Below, one piece after another: positions 1-11,172 of a stretch of 64,000 bases of DNA. Source of the DNA: Balanoglossus misakiensis (Eukaryota > Animalia > Hemichordata); the NCBI GenBank assembly GCA_040954595.2, contig CM082577.2, positions 11,813,654-11,877,653 of the forward strand, read 5' to 3'. The position numbers were made by a program, and so were the translations under genes. The notes below the pieces were generated by a model, which saw only the letters and a list, made by a program, of their open reading frames with translations, searched no databases and was not told where the DNA came from. Numbering within the stretch: position 1 is the first letter of the stretch; every line of letters starts with the position of its first letter.

Positions 1-130
1 AATATAAAGCAAGGAAGGGACACCCCAACCCGCGTACAGCTTTACAAATGCAATAAACACTAGGTAAAAAAACCCGAAGTGTTTGAACAATAAAAGTCTC
101 TGGCACTATACTAAAAGTCTCTGGTCACGT

Positions 131-814
131 CTACGTCTCATGCCAAATCTCTCCCTGGCGTTAGTGGAATGCTCTCTTCCGGGCTCAGCTCGGGCAGGTG
201 CAGGTGGGCCTTCCGGCTCTCTTTCTTCGGATGTCGTCTCTTTTTCTTCGGGGGCGGCGCGGCATCGTCTTCGCCGTTGGTCTTTACCCCCCTCCTAGAC
301 AATAAAGCTGGGTATGGGCAGGTGGCCTGGTCCCATGCTGAACGTTAACGGCTACTGTACGGGCGCAGAAGGAGACGGTCGCTGCCGCTGGCGGCCTCCT
401 CGGTTCGGTCGGCAGCTGCAGAATGGCCCCTGGCTCCACAGGTGGACTAGGAGTTGATGTTGTGGCCGGGTTCAGCAGGTAGTATGTTCGCTTGGTATTT
501 GTCTCCGCTTTGATGACTCCATGGGAGTATTGGCGGTGAGTGTGAGAGTCCTCCACTCTCTCCACCCGATTGAGATCGAGTGGGGCGAATACATCACCAT
601 GACGGATGGGTTGAGGTGTTGACGATCGGCGCCGTGTGGAATCTGCGGATGGGGCTGGATCTGCCTCGGCGACGGACACGGTACTGGTAGCTACGCTGCC
701 GGTGTTTCGGTTGGCGAGGCACGGGTGTTCGTTGTACTCGAACGAGTGCTCAAACACACAACCACACCTAACACAAATTCGCCTCCCTGCTTGGTCCCGC
801 CTGAAGGAATTCAT
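131..814 (-). CDS. Small intronless ORF of unknown function; N-terminal CxxC..HxC motif, likely continuing past a G-run frameshift or splice into a C-terminus with a PPKKKRR NLS-like motif
   Basis: ORF 284..814. A TATAAAAAGG box lies on the minus strand near 891-900. The shifted frame from ~286 to stop at 131 reads VKTNGEDDAAPPPKKKRRHPKKESRKAHLHLPELSPEESIPLTPGEIWHET*. Confidence 0.4.
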
Positions 815-968
815 CGTTTCGTACTCTCGTGGTTAGTTTCTGTGCTTGCCGGATCGGGTGAGAAGAGCAACGTTCCCAGCTCATCGTTGCCCTTTTTATA
901 CCGTTATAAGAAAAATGCATAAAATGTTCGAAAATGACTGAAGTCTAGTAAAGAGTTCAATAGTAACA

Positions 969-1128
969 TTACTCGTCGTCTCTCCCCGATGTCCGTGGCG
1001 GCAGATTTAAGTTTTCTTCGTCTTCGGGGCTGGCATGGCTGGTAGTTCCCTTCTTTGCTGATGGGGCTCCCCTCCTTCTCTTCTTGGTCTGGGTCCCCGG
1101 GGTGTTGGCAGGTGGCTTGTTGGTCTTC
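969..1128 (-). pseudogene. 3' fragment of a basic NLS-bearing ORF, paralog of 1835-2040
   Basis: TNKPPANTPGTQTKKRRRGAPSA...PEDEENLNLPPRT; near-identical DNA to 1835-2040 with an internal deletion. Confidence 0.4.
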
Positions 1129-1834
1129 GTTGTTATTATTACGTTGAGACTGGTCGGGTGATCAGTAAGGGTAACGACCTTACACCCGAGTGATAGAGTG
1201 CACAAGGACAAAATAATAAAGTGTAGAAGCCAACGTGGCGTATTTATTAACTGTGAACACGAAAAAACGATCAACAAAACTGCCTAAAATGAAGAGCTGT
1301 ACCTTTTTAAATGTTGCTGGTGTGGCCTCGGTAATAAAACCCCTTGAGCGACTCCCCTTTTTAAAAGGTATTGCTATTTATATACCCTCGGGTCGGATTC
1401 AAAATTAGAAAAGCTAATTTGCATATCGGACGTCGGAGAAAGCACCAAAAATCTACATATCATGTCGGCTTCACGCCATGAAAAGTAGCTAAATAAATGA
1501 TTGACAGCTGTCGCTCGAAGTCGTCGTTGCTAAACAACCAAAGGCAAACATTGAATGAAAACTGAACGTGCGTAGTAACATGCTAATCGGTTTTGGCGCG
1601 TGTGCCGCGCCGGCTGAGTAATTACAAAAACCGCAAAGGCATTTAGAAACGTAAAATGGGCCTCGTTAAACCACTACATTACCCCCCTCTAAGACAATAA
1701 AGTTTCGACTATTGTACAAGAAAAAAGTTGAATCGCAAAATGTTTTTAAGGGAAGGGACACCCCACCCCGTACAGCTTTACAATGAGATACGAAAAATGC
1801 ATAAAATGTTCAAGAAAAAAGTTAAATAGTAACA

Positions 1835-2040
1835 TTACTCGTCGTCTCTCCCCGGTGTCCGCGGCGGCAGATTTAAGTTCTCTTCGTCTTCGGGGCTAAA
1901 CTCTAGTAGCTGTAATCTTGGTCGACCGGTGGTGCTGGTTCTGGCATGGCTGGTAGTTCCCTCCTTTGCTGATGGGGCTCCCCTCCTTCTCTTCTTGGTC
2001 TGGGTCCCCGGGGTGTTGGCAGGTGGCTTGTTGGTCCCTT
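1835..2040 (-). pseudogene. 3' fragment of a basic NLS-bearing ORF
   Basis: Same peptide as 969-1128. Its downstream flank (ggaagggacacccc..cgtacagctttacaa, ~1750-1785) is also present at ~12-48. Confidence 0.4.
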
Positions 2041-2050
2041 GCTGAACGGC

Positions 2051-2810
2051 AAAATGTAATGTTGAAGTTCTTCTTTGGCCTTCTTGGATCATAGCTAAAT
2101 AGTATCAATATATGTGATAGGTTGTCAGGCTTGAAAGGGTTAATAGTCCTGAACAGGGTCTGTCTGTGTCTGTTACTGTCTGGCTGTCTTCATGAATGTC
2201 TTTTCTATGACTATGGCTGAAATTTCTGCAATTAACTTACATGTCTGTAATAGGTAGAGCTGACCGAGCCAGGATACCAAGACAATGCCAGAGGTTTGCA
2301 GAAATTTCCGCCAAGGGCCCTATTTGTTTGTGTCTAAATCCATATGCAGTGAAATTGAGTCTGACATAGAGATAAGCCTTTAGCAAAATATAATGTTGAA
2401 GTTCTTCTTTGGCCTTCTTGGATCATAGCTAAATAGTATCAATATATGTGATAGGTTGTCAGGCTTGAAAGGGTTAATAGTCCTGAACAGGGTCTGTCTG
2501 TGTCTGTTACTGTCTGGCTGTCTTCATGAATGTCTTTTCTATGACTATGGCTGAAATTTCTGCAATTAACTTACATGTCTGTAATAGGTAGAGCTGACCG
2601 AGCCAGGATACCAAGACAATGCCAGAGGTTTGCAGAAATTTCCGCCAGGGGCCCTATTTGTTTGTGTCTAAATCCATATGCAGTGAAATTGAGTCTGACA
2701 TAGAGATAAGCCTTAGCAAAATGTAATGTTGAAGTTCTTCTTTGGCCTTCTGGGATCATAGCTAAATAGTATCAATATATGTGATAGGTTGTCAGGCTTG
2801 AAAGGGTTAA
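2051..2810. repeat. ~334-bp tandem repeat (about 2.3 copies), each copy containing a piggyBac-type end (GGCTTGAAAGGG|TTAA)
   Basis: Units start at 2051, 2385 and 2718 and are near-identical. The reverse complement TTAA-CCCTTT matches piggyBac termini. Confidence 0.75.
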
Positions 2811-5056
2811 ACCAACTGGACAAATTGTTTTGGAGATATTTTTTGTCTACCAAAAATTGATATAAATTGCCCATTAACAATAATATGAATTTTTTTCTTA
2901 TTTTGAAAAAAATTAGAGTTGGCCATCCCTAGAAAGTTGAAAGCGATTTGACAAGAGGTTTCAGAGATTCTTTTTTGCCTAAAACATCCAAAGCAAATGT
3001 GTAAAATTACAAAGCCTTCTTCTTATTTGCTCCGGTTAAATTTATGTCAACCAGTGCCTCATATTTGAAAAACACTCGGAGAAGCAGTCTGATCTCAGCC
3101 TATTGAAATTCGCCAAAATCTTACAACAGAGAGCCTCGTTTTCACTTCTATCCAATATGGCGGCCTACCGAAAACTTGAAACCTGCATGCTGGCATGAAA
3201 AGAGGTGTACACGCTTTAATTTTGGATGACAAGGTTCGTTTTCCATCAATTATTGTCTAAAAGGATGTTGTCTTACGCTTTATGACGCTCGTTTTAGCTG
3301 TAATAAATTATTTTGAAACCCTGCATACTGGCGATGTGGCAGTGACTCGATCGTACGATGTTATGAATGTGAATGCTAATTTTTGAGAAGCGATACAAAA
3401 ATTAGAGGGTCTTGAGCAGAAGCGTAAATACGGTTTTTCACAGGGTCTATGTATTAGCTATAACTGTGCCAAATTTGGTTTGCCTACGGTGAAGCACTTT
3501 GACGCGGGGCAGTGTTGAATGTGACCTCTCAAGCAACATACTATATGTATAGGACCTCCGTAAGGGTGTTTCGATTGCGTAACACGGAAACTCGGCAGAT
3601 CACTTTACACTGAACATAACATTGCAGATGAGTTATGAGACAATCAATGCTCGATAACAGCCTAGGTTTTGACAATAGATATTCATGTGTTTTAGAGATT
3701 AACCCGGATAAGTGGCGGTCTGCATAGACAGTATGTACATAGTATGCATAGTGGTGACTGTGAGGTTAATCTGACAATGAAATCATGGTGTACTACAACA
3801 GACTACACTGGTCCAACTCTCCTTTTTCTGACATTGATTGGTAATTTGGCAATTTTTAAAAACATTTTTTTTTTCTTTTTGATTATTTCTAATTTAAGAA
3901 TTTTATGTATATTTTTTCAATCAATAAAATTATTGCCAGCCTTATAATTCTACATTTAGTTTTCTAACTCCATATCTGAATAATCACTGTAATTATTTGT
4001 ATCATTTTCATATGCATTTGTTGTACTCTCTTGTAAATCTTCCTCAGGTAATTGGTATTCCTGTTCTACCTCTTCTATCTCTAGTATGTCAAACGTTTCA
4101 AAAGTATCCACCATTTCTTCATTCATAATCATTTCTAGAATTGAATCATCTTCACTTACTCTGTCAATATAACTTCTACTGGTGTTTTTACCACTTCTAG
4201 TGTTTTCACAGTTTGTTATGTATAGTGGTCTTTATGGAGTTTAGAATGTTATTCCTTCCATCCGTGGCATTTGCCATAGACCTCAGCAGCCTATTTAAAA
4301 CCAGCAAACTATCTCTACACTTGGAGGAACACACAAACGACCCCTTTCTCACCATTATGAAAAGCTTCACAAAGACAAAGTATGTTGCAGTTAAAAGACT
4401 GAAAATGACTATAGAAAAATATGACTTGCATAGACAGACTGATAAATGCCCAATCAGTTACTATGCCCAGACTGGACAAAAGCCTTTCACTGTCACTCTG
4501 CACAGACAGCCCAGACAAATGCCAGTTCACACACACACACACACACCCTGCAAAGACTAGACTAAATATCAGTTCACAAAAACTCTGCACAGTGCAGACT
4601 AGACAATTGTCAGTCAAACTAAAACCACACAGACTACTCCTACACAGACTGGAAAATGCCTGTTCAGTAATACTCAAACAATAACAGTTAATGAAATTTA
4701 CCTTTTTAATTTTTATTGTCAAATAAATACAATATAATATATAAAAGGTAACAACTGAGGAAAGCAAGATTAATAAAGGAAACTCCTGAATGCAAAAATG
4801 TGTGGGAACTGGCCACCAACCACACTACAGGCAGTAAAACACCGATCGATCAGCACAGACGCACTTCTTTCTTCGTTGTCTCCTGAAAGACAAAGAAACA
4901 AACTGTAAGGCGTACGATAATTATTGGTGAAGTTCTCAACAAGAGATTTAAGAAACACTTGCTCCGGCTTCCACACACACACGACACTGCTGCAACAGTG
5001 CACGCCAAGCAAGGAATGATGCTGCCCGGGAAACTTTCCCTCCGGCGCGCTTACTT

Positions 5057-5405
5057 CAAGGGACAAAGTCTCTCTCACTGCCCTTTTTCCACTAATTATG
5101 TTTGATACAAGACACTGTTTATGTTAATGTACATGTGGATATATAGTAAATCTACATTCGACCACACACAACTTCCATCCCACTTGTAAGATATGAGAGT
5201 AAAACTCGCCCAAAATGAATAAATGGTAAAGAACGATTATTCATTTTGGCGAGTTTTTTCACTCTCCTGTCTATAAGAGGGATGGAAGTTGTGTGTGGTT
5301 GAACGTCGATTCACTATATATCCACATGTAGAATAACAAACGGTGTCTTGTATCAAATATAATTAATGGAAAAAAAAGGCAACTAGAGAGAGACTTTGTC
5401 CCTTT
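5057..5405. repeat. Imperfect palindrome with ~170-bp arms and a ~14-nt spacer (MITE-like)
   Basis: aagggacaaagtctctctc...aaaatgaataa is mirrored by ttattcatttt...gagagagactttgtccctt. A single arm recurs at ~13152-13322. Confidence 0.75.
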
Positions 5406-5407
5406 AA

Positions 5408-6100
5408 GGTCTACGATGACGTCTGGACACCTACTGTCCCATCATTGCGCCAAAAATCATGTCCAATCAGAGCTCTCAGCAAGAAAATTACGAAATTGGA
5501 CCGGGACATAATGATCTAAAATAGCTTGCCACAGTCGCGCATTCGCTACTTCCGGGTATGGATTCCTTCCGCCGCCATGTTAGAACACGGTACATACACA
5601 CACTCAGTAAACAGGCGTTCGCAATTTTTCCGGACCTTGAGCAGACTAAAAATACGCAAATTTCGATAAAACAATAATCAACTCAACGATTTATGTCAAT
5701 TTTCGATTTTTAAAAACCGGCACTTAGACGCAGGGCAGTGTTGAAAATCACGGAAAAATCGTGAAAGTCTGTACGGGCACACCACTCGAAACGCGTATAA
5801 CCTAATTCTTTGGACTAACAATGGCGTGAAATATGATAGAAACAGCAACTTACCGGGTATACGTCAGTTTCGGGATGAGAATAATTCTTCTAACGCAGTA
5901 TTAAGCTGGAAAAGTGAGATTATCGGTACCTCGGAAAAAATCCTAACGGACACATACTTCAGCACGGGGGCGCTGTTCATTTGAAATGATTTTATGCAAA
6001 TGCATGTAAATTAGGTACCCTGAAATCAGACTGGAAGGTGCAAAGCACAGCATGTTCCACCGTGTTTGAGCTTTCTTTCAGCAACACATAATTGCGATTC
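5408..6100. mobile_element. Probable Kolobok-type terminus / non-autonomous element starting at TTAA|GG; far end not found
   Basis: TTAA at 5404-5407 is followed by GGTCTACG, whereas the paralogous arm at ~13320 continues differently after TTAA. Shares motifs with 3410-3520. Confidence 0.35.
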
Positions 6101-6744
6101 ATACAGGTACACTTCTGAACAATATTCAAGGGCTTCTCCACTGTAAATGTTCGGCCAACCTGTGCGGTCGGTCAATGGCCACTTAATTACAGAGCTCTTT
6201 GAGAATTATAATAAATATACCAATGAGTACCACTGATACAGAAGGCTTACATACCAGTAGGGAAAACACATCTACCCTGTAACTTGGTGCGTCTTGCCTT
6301 GCTTGCTATTGTTGACAACCGATTTCGCAGCGCCCTTTTTATGTTGGTCTCCTCACAGTACTGTAACCTGCAAAATGCACATTGATGTAAAAGTCAATCA
6401 TATTCCAAACAAGTGCACCTACTGCTCAGTGAGATACAGCTGTATAGGAATAAAGAGTCCAAAATGCAACTACTCGAGTGAAGAATGAATATATAGTATT
6501 ATATTCTCATCCAGACATAGATTCATTTTTTCATAAGAATATGTTTCAGCCTGGAATCAAATATATTTCTTCAAAAGAATGACACAAAAATGTAAAAAAG
6601 CTTGAAGATGCCTGTTCTATAACCAGGTCAGACTGTGAACATTAACAGCAGCTTCAAAAAAGCAACCTTTGGTACATTCATTATTTTAGTCAACTGTTTT
6701 TGAGGAATCGGTCAAAATAAAAGAAACTACAGGCGTCTTACAAG

Positions 6745-7669
6745 TACGTGTATTAGGACGTTGATGTTCTTACGTCCCTCGTACTCATTACTGAGTTGGG
6801 TTAAGAGCTGGATTTCCTCGGTCGCCCACACCGAGGATCGTGTCGTGACTCCGGATGTTGTTGGAGTTACCCGTGGGCAACCCACGTTTCTCTTCGGCCT
6901 TAGGCGGTGGACATTGCACAGGGATGGGAATGCCTGACGTGTTGTCCTAGGCCGGACTTGGTCTTAAATTTCATGTCGCATTCGGTGCACGGGAATGGTT
7001 GTGGGCTTACACTGAAGCCGCTTCGCACCTTGCATTTTGCGTAGTGTGTTGCCACACTTCGCATGCTGTCACTGATGCGATCGCATGCAGAGCATACGTA
7101 CTTGAATGAGTCGTACTTGTGAGAGGATAGGTGACGACGCAAACCTCGGTGATCTTGAAACATCGCTCCAGGACAGAGGTGACATTCAAGAGTCTCCGTA
7201 TTGGGATACGCGATCAAGATGGCTCCCATCCCATCAAGGATGTATCCATCTATATTGCAGTGGTCCCTCCCTACCGCTGCATGGGCCGAAATCGTGTCCT
7301 CTGCTGCAGGCGCCCTCCCCACAGCAGACATCAGGGCCGGGATCGGTTCGTTAACAGTGTCAGTCCGAGTCATTTGTTCATTTTCTGTTACAAGAGGCTT
7401 TGGCTCAGCATTCAGGGAGCAGCACCTCGCTCATGCCATTCCCGCACTCGTTTGAATTTCTTCACTTTGATATTCTGAGCACTGGGCAAGTGCGTATAGT
7501 GGCCGTCCTCGAAAGTTTACCTACGACTTACGTTGGGCTGTAAACCCGCGGTAAGACGCCCCCGAGCGTTAGTTCTCTGATTGGCCCACGCTGTGGTTGA
7601 TACAGTGCGGATACGGTGTGGTCAGATTAACAACTCTCGCCACGAGAAGGCCCTCAGGGGAAGAGAGTC
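6745..7669 (-). mobile_element. 5' fragment of an R2-type non-LTR retrotransposon: 5' UTR, three zinc fingers and a Myb-like domain; no RT or endonuclease
   Basis: ORF 6900..7373 has CHLC..H..H, CSAC..H..C and FPCTECDMKFKTKSGLGQHVRHSHP. Beyond its stop, SVWATEEIQLLTQLSNEYEGRKNINVLI is an R2-type Myb motif. The 5' end begins GACTCTCTT, matching 28S sequence upstream of the R2 site. Confidence 0.85.
7577..7669 (-). ncRNA. HDV-like self-cleaving ribozyme fold at the R2 5' end, possibly degenerate
   Basis: Hand fold: P1 GACUCUC/GAGAGUU with G1-U wobble; P3 GCC/GGC around L3 UUCUCGU; P4 closed by CCAC/GUGG; J4/2 GCCAA; P2 CUGA/UCAG. Confidence 0.65.
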
Positions 7670-7885
7670 TTCAAGAATCACTCTTGCTTCGTCGTATGCC
7701 CCTTCACTTCTAAGTAGAAAGCATCCAACTACTGCTTCTTTGGCAGGACCGCCTAAATATTTCTTCAGGTAATGAATTCTTTCAAGTGGTGGTACACCTC
7801 GCGATTCAACTAGGGTCGTGAATGATGATATCCAATCTGGATAAGCGAATGGGTCTTCCATGAATATTGGTGGTTCGGGTGTAGT
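7670..7885 (-). mobile_element. BEL/Pao LTR retrotransposon gag fragment (DUF1759-like)
   Basis: PEPPIFMEDPFAYPDWISSFTTLVESRGVPPLERIHYLKKYLGGPAKEAVVGCFLLRSEGAYDEARVILE. Confidence 0.8.
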
Positions 7886-8047
7886 AAGTGATGGAGGAGG
7901 TGGAGGAAACGAACGAAAAACTAAATCAGAGTCGCAACGAAACTTAGAAAAAGAAGGATCAGAAAATGAGCGAGAAAGAACAGATGGTTGATAGCAAGAA
8001 AGAGAGGCAGGTGGGGAATTTAAAAAAGGGCGAGACAGATCACGAAC

Positions 8048-8830
8048 AGAAGAGCTACGGGCCAGACTACACCGAGAGGACAGCCCAACAAAAGGAACTC
8101 TAGAGAAAACAGGCAAATCATAAGGACAATCATAAAAAACTGCTAGGATACAGGGAGAGTCTGCTGCTCTGGGAAGAGACATAACTTAAGTCTTAAATAT
8201 ACTAAAAAAATGGCCCGAAATCAGACAAAGAGTTTAAGTAGAAAAAAGAGCCGACCAGGGGTGCTGTATAAAGGTAAATTTGAACTGCTCTCTGCTGCTA
8301 CTGCATTAATCATGTCATTAAATAAATATGGAGACGTGGCATTGTGCATCAAGTTAAACATGTCAATATTATGAACACTGATTTGACTGCTATTTCAAGA
8401 CTGCACATTCCAATAACTGCCGCAAGGCCGCTCTTGCTATTATGTTGACGGTACCTGTGAATAATTTGTTGCCACTCTCGTCTATTCTTGGATATACATA
8501 TCTGTCAAATCAATCACTTCTTCGTCTCAGTTCCCTTTTTCATACATATAGACTGTATGAAGATTGCGGTTACTTCTCTTTTTGGAATAAGTGATATGGC
8601 TATAAAAGGGCAGTTTATGGTTGATTGGAAAAATCACTCCGTTGTTTCATTCTTCTTTTAAATTTATGGTGTTGCTTGGCACAGTCTTGGGATCGTCTGT
8701 TTGCAGTAAGTTGGACATGATTTGATTGTACCGGGTATTTCAGCACTGATTGTGCCATATTAAGTACAACCCAATCCCAATATGATTTGGAGTTGACCTT
8801 GGTCTTTTCTACCTGAAAAAAATAAATAAA
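8048..8830. repeat. Dispersed duplication of ~17733-18490 (with indels), including a minus-strand exon-like piece
   Basis: Long shared blocks such as gctacgggccagactacac and gactgcacattccaat..., plus the shared peptide KVNSKSYWDWVV. Confidence 0.7.
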
Positions 8831-9732
8831 ATTAAAGCTGCAAGCAGCGACGGCGGGGCCCAAGTGGTTTCCATGTCTTTTGGTTCTTGTAAACAAGAAT
8901 TTTGAATATCATATTGTTTTTGTGAAAATGAATATGGCTGCTACATCTAATGACTAATCCACATGACTTGTACAAACTTCAAGTACCCATGTCAGGGATG
9001 ATATTAGAAACATTTCAGTTAAAATGGTGAGTTGCTTCTGAAGAAGGAAATTTTGGAATATTATTTGCTGGTAATCATGTGTTTTGCACAGTGTTTGCAC
9101 AACTTGAAGCGTCGTCGGCTTTTGCATGTGTACTGCCACGTGATCAATCACGATGCTGCGTAAATATGGTAACAGGAACCCGGGTAGTAGTTTATTTACC
9201 TACTACCCGGGTACAGCCTTTTTTTCTCGTGAAAAAGCACATGGGGGCATTCTCTGCTGACAGCTGAACAGTATATCGTGGTTTTTAGTTTTTCTTCTTT
9301 CCTTTTATACAGATTCTACAGAACATCCCATTGTCCTGGAAGTACAACCAGTGCCATGTGGACAGCCATCTCTCCTGTAGATAGAAGAATTCGCCCAATA
9401 TGATTATTGATAATTACAGTGTGGATTTATAATTAATAAAGTTCATTGTCCAACAATTTTCATTTATCCCGGTTATGACTCCCTTGCCATTTCGACCGTG
9501 GGTAAATTTGAGTACAGAATGTATTATCCCCAAGGTTGTTAAAAAATTAAAGTGATACCGCTAGATTTTCGACTGTTCATGAACTCTAGAAAATCGAAAG
9601 TCCCCCCCCCCACCAATACGCTCGTACTGTATATCGTACTGCCATCTCTCCTACCAACAAAACGCTTAATTGTTCGTACGGCATGTCAGTCTTACAGACA
9701 AAATGCTATTATTACCGAAACAACTAGAAATT

Positions 9733-10020
9733 CCCTTACGAAAAAGTTCGATAGAACTTCTATAGCTTTTCAATAAAAATTTCTATTAAGAATCAATAGA
9801 TATTCCATGGAAACTCAATGGAATTTCTATAGAAATTCTATTGACTTCTATGGACTTTTGGCCACTTTTCAATTAAACTTCTATAGAAGAGATATAGATT
9901 TGATTTTCTATTGAACTTCTATAGAAGAGTTATAGATGTGTATTGATTTTCTATAGAAGAGATATAGATTTCAATTGATTTTCTATTGAACTTCTATAAA
10001 AGAGTTATAGATGTGTAATG
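9733..10020. repeat. Array of short palindromic TTCTATAGAA-like motifs following a CCCTTACGAAAA end; probable MITE subterminal repeats
   Basis: Repeated ttctatagaa / ttctattga units. Confidence 0.5.
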
Positions 10021-10401
10021 ATCCTGTATTATCTGGTTACCAAAGACAGAGGGGTGGGATTGGGGCAAAAAGATTGATATTTATAAAAAAAAAATACTTC
10101 ACTGAATACTCGGCATATTCTTTCAGTCAATTGTTTAATATTAACACATAAATGTGCTAAATACAGTGTTGCCTCAGTCAAATTAGTTTTCTGCTGGCTT
10201 TCAGTGAAATATTTGAGAAAAAACCAACATGCTCATCAAATTAAAACTTAACATTTTATTGCAATAAATCAATAAAAAAGGTGACATGAAAAATACAGTT
10301 GAAATAAATAAAGATAAGCAAAACACATAAGTGAAACAGTTAACCACACTACTTGAGTTTTGTTTCGGAGTAAATTTTCATTTTAATATACTGCTCCCAT
10401 A

Positions 10402-10660
10402 CTAAGCACATACCTGAGGGCGGCGTAGAGATCCCGACTCATGATTGCATTCCTTTGCGTCTGTACACTTGTTGTTCACGCTGGACGATGGTTCTATCGA
10501 CGGCTGTGCCTCATCAACTTTGTTTGAAACTGTTGCACTGTCACCGATCGATGGCTCTGCTTCTCGTACTTCATTGGAAGCTGTTGCTGCTTCACCAACA
10601 GCTGGCGAACGTAGAAAGTCAAACAAGAGCCGCTGGCGTTTCGCCATCGCCATCGGCCCA
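10402..10660 (-). pseudogene. Possible hAT transposase N-terminal fragment
   Basis: MAKRQRLLFDFL followed by a low-complexity S/E-rich linker, typical of ZNF862-like hAT N-termini; weak evidence. Confidence 0.3.
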
Positions 10661-10699
10661 TGTTGCTGCGCACGCGGTCTGCAAGTCAAACAGCATGTG

Positions 10700-11172
10700 A
10701 TTTAGATTTTCAGCAAACTCTAATCACATGATATATAATAGTGATTTTTTTGTAATTGATGTTGAATTTTATCAGAAAAGTCACATACAAGCTTCCCTCA
10801 CCTGATGTTCGACTCTTTGCAAACAATTATGGCAGATCATGCTTCCTATAGTATTCAGACCTTTCTGTCCTAATTCAACCAAAACCTGCATTGGGCATGA
10901 TTTTAATGACCTCGAATGACTAGTTGTTGACGGATATATGCAGATCTTGATTCGGCGGCTCTTGTCATAATGAAACCTGCATAAAAATTCACCTTCCTCC
11001 AATGCAGTAAACAATGCATTATCTACCATAGACTCGACGGCGCTCACCACTACATAAATCTTGGTATTGAGACTGTGTACGTGGTGACAAAGCGCATATC
11101 ATCGCCATCGTCAGGTTTGGCGTAGTACTGACTGGCTTCCTTATGAGTGAATGATTTCAAATTTCCAACTTC
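10700..11172 (-). pseudogene. Cys/His-rich exon fragment, probably transposon-derived; duplicated at ~19650-20125
   Basis: EFLCRFHYDK..CIYP..H..CP..ICHNC, with a near-identical second copy. Confidence 0.45.

Noticed and set aside
1410-1425. Octamer ATTTGCAT (also ~5993, ~38881, ~62637) as an snRNA promoter
   Set aside because: No recognisable snRNA or PSE nearby, and the motif is common in AT-rich DNA.
3760-4215. Acidic minus-strand frame, possibly a CACTA transposase N-terminus
   Set aside because: No diagnostic motif could be confirmed by eye.
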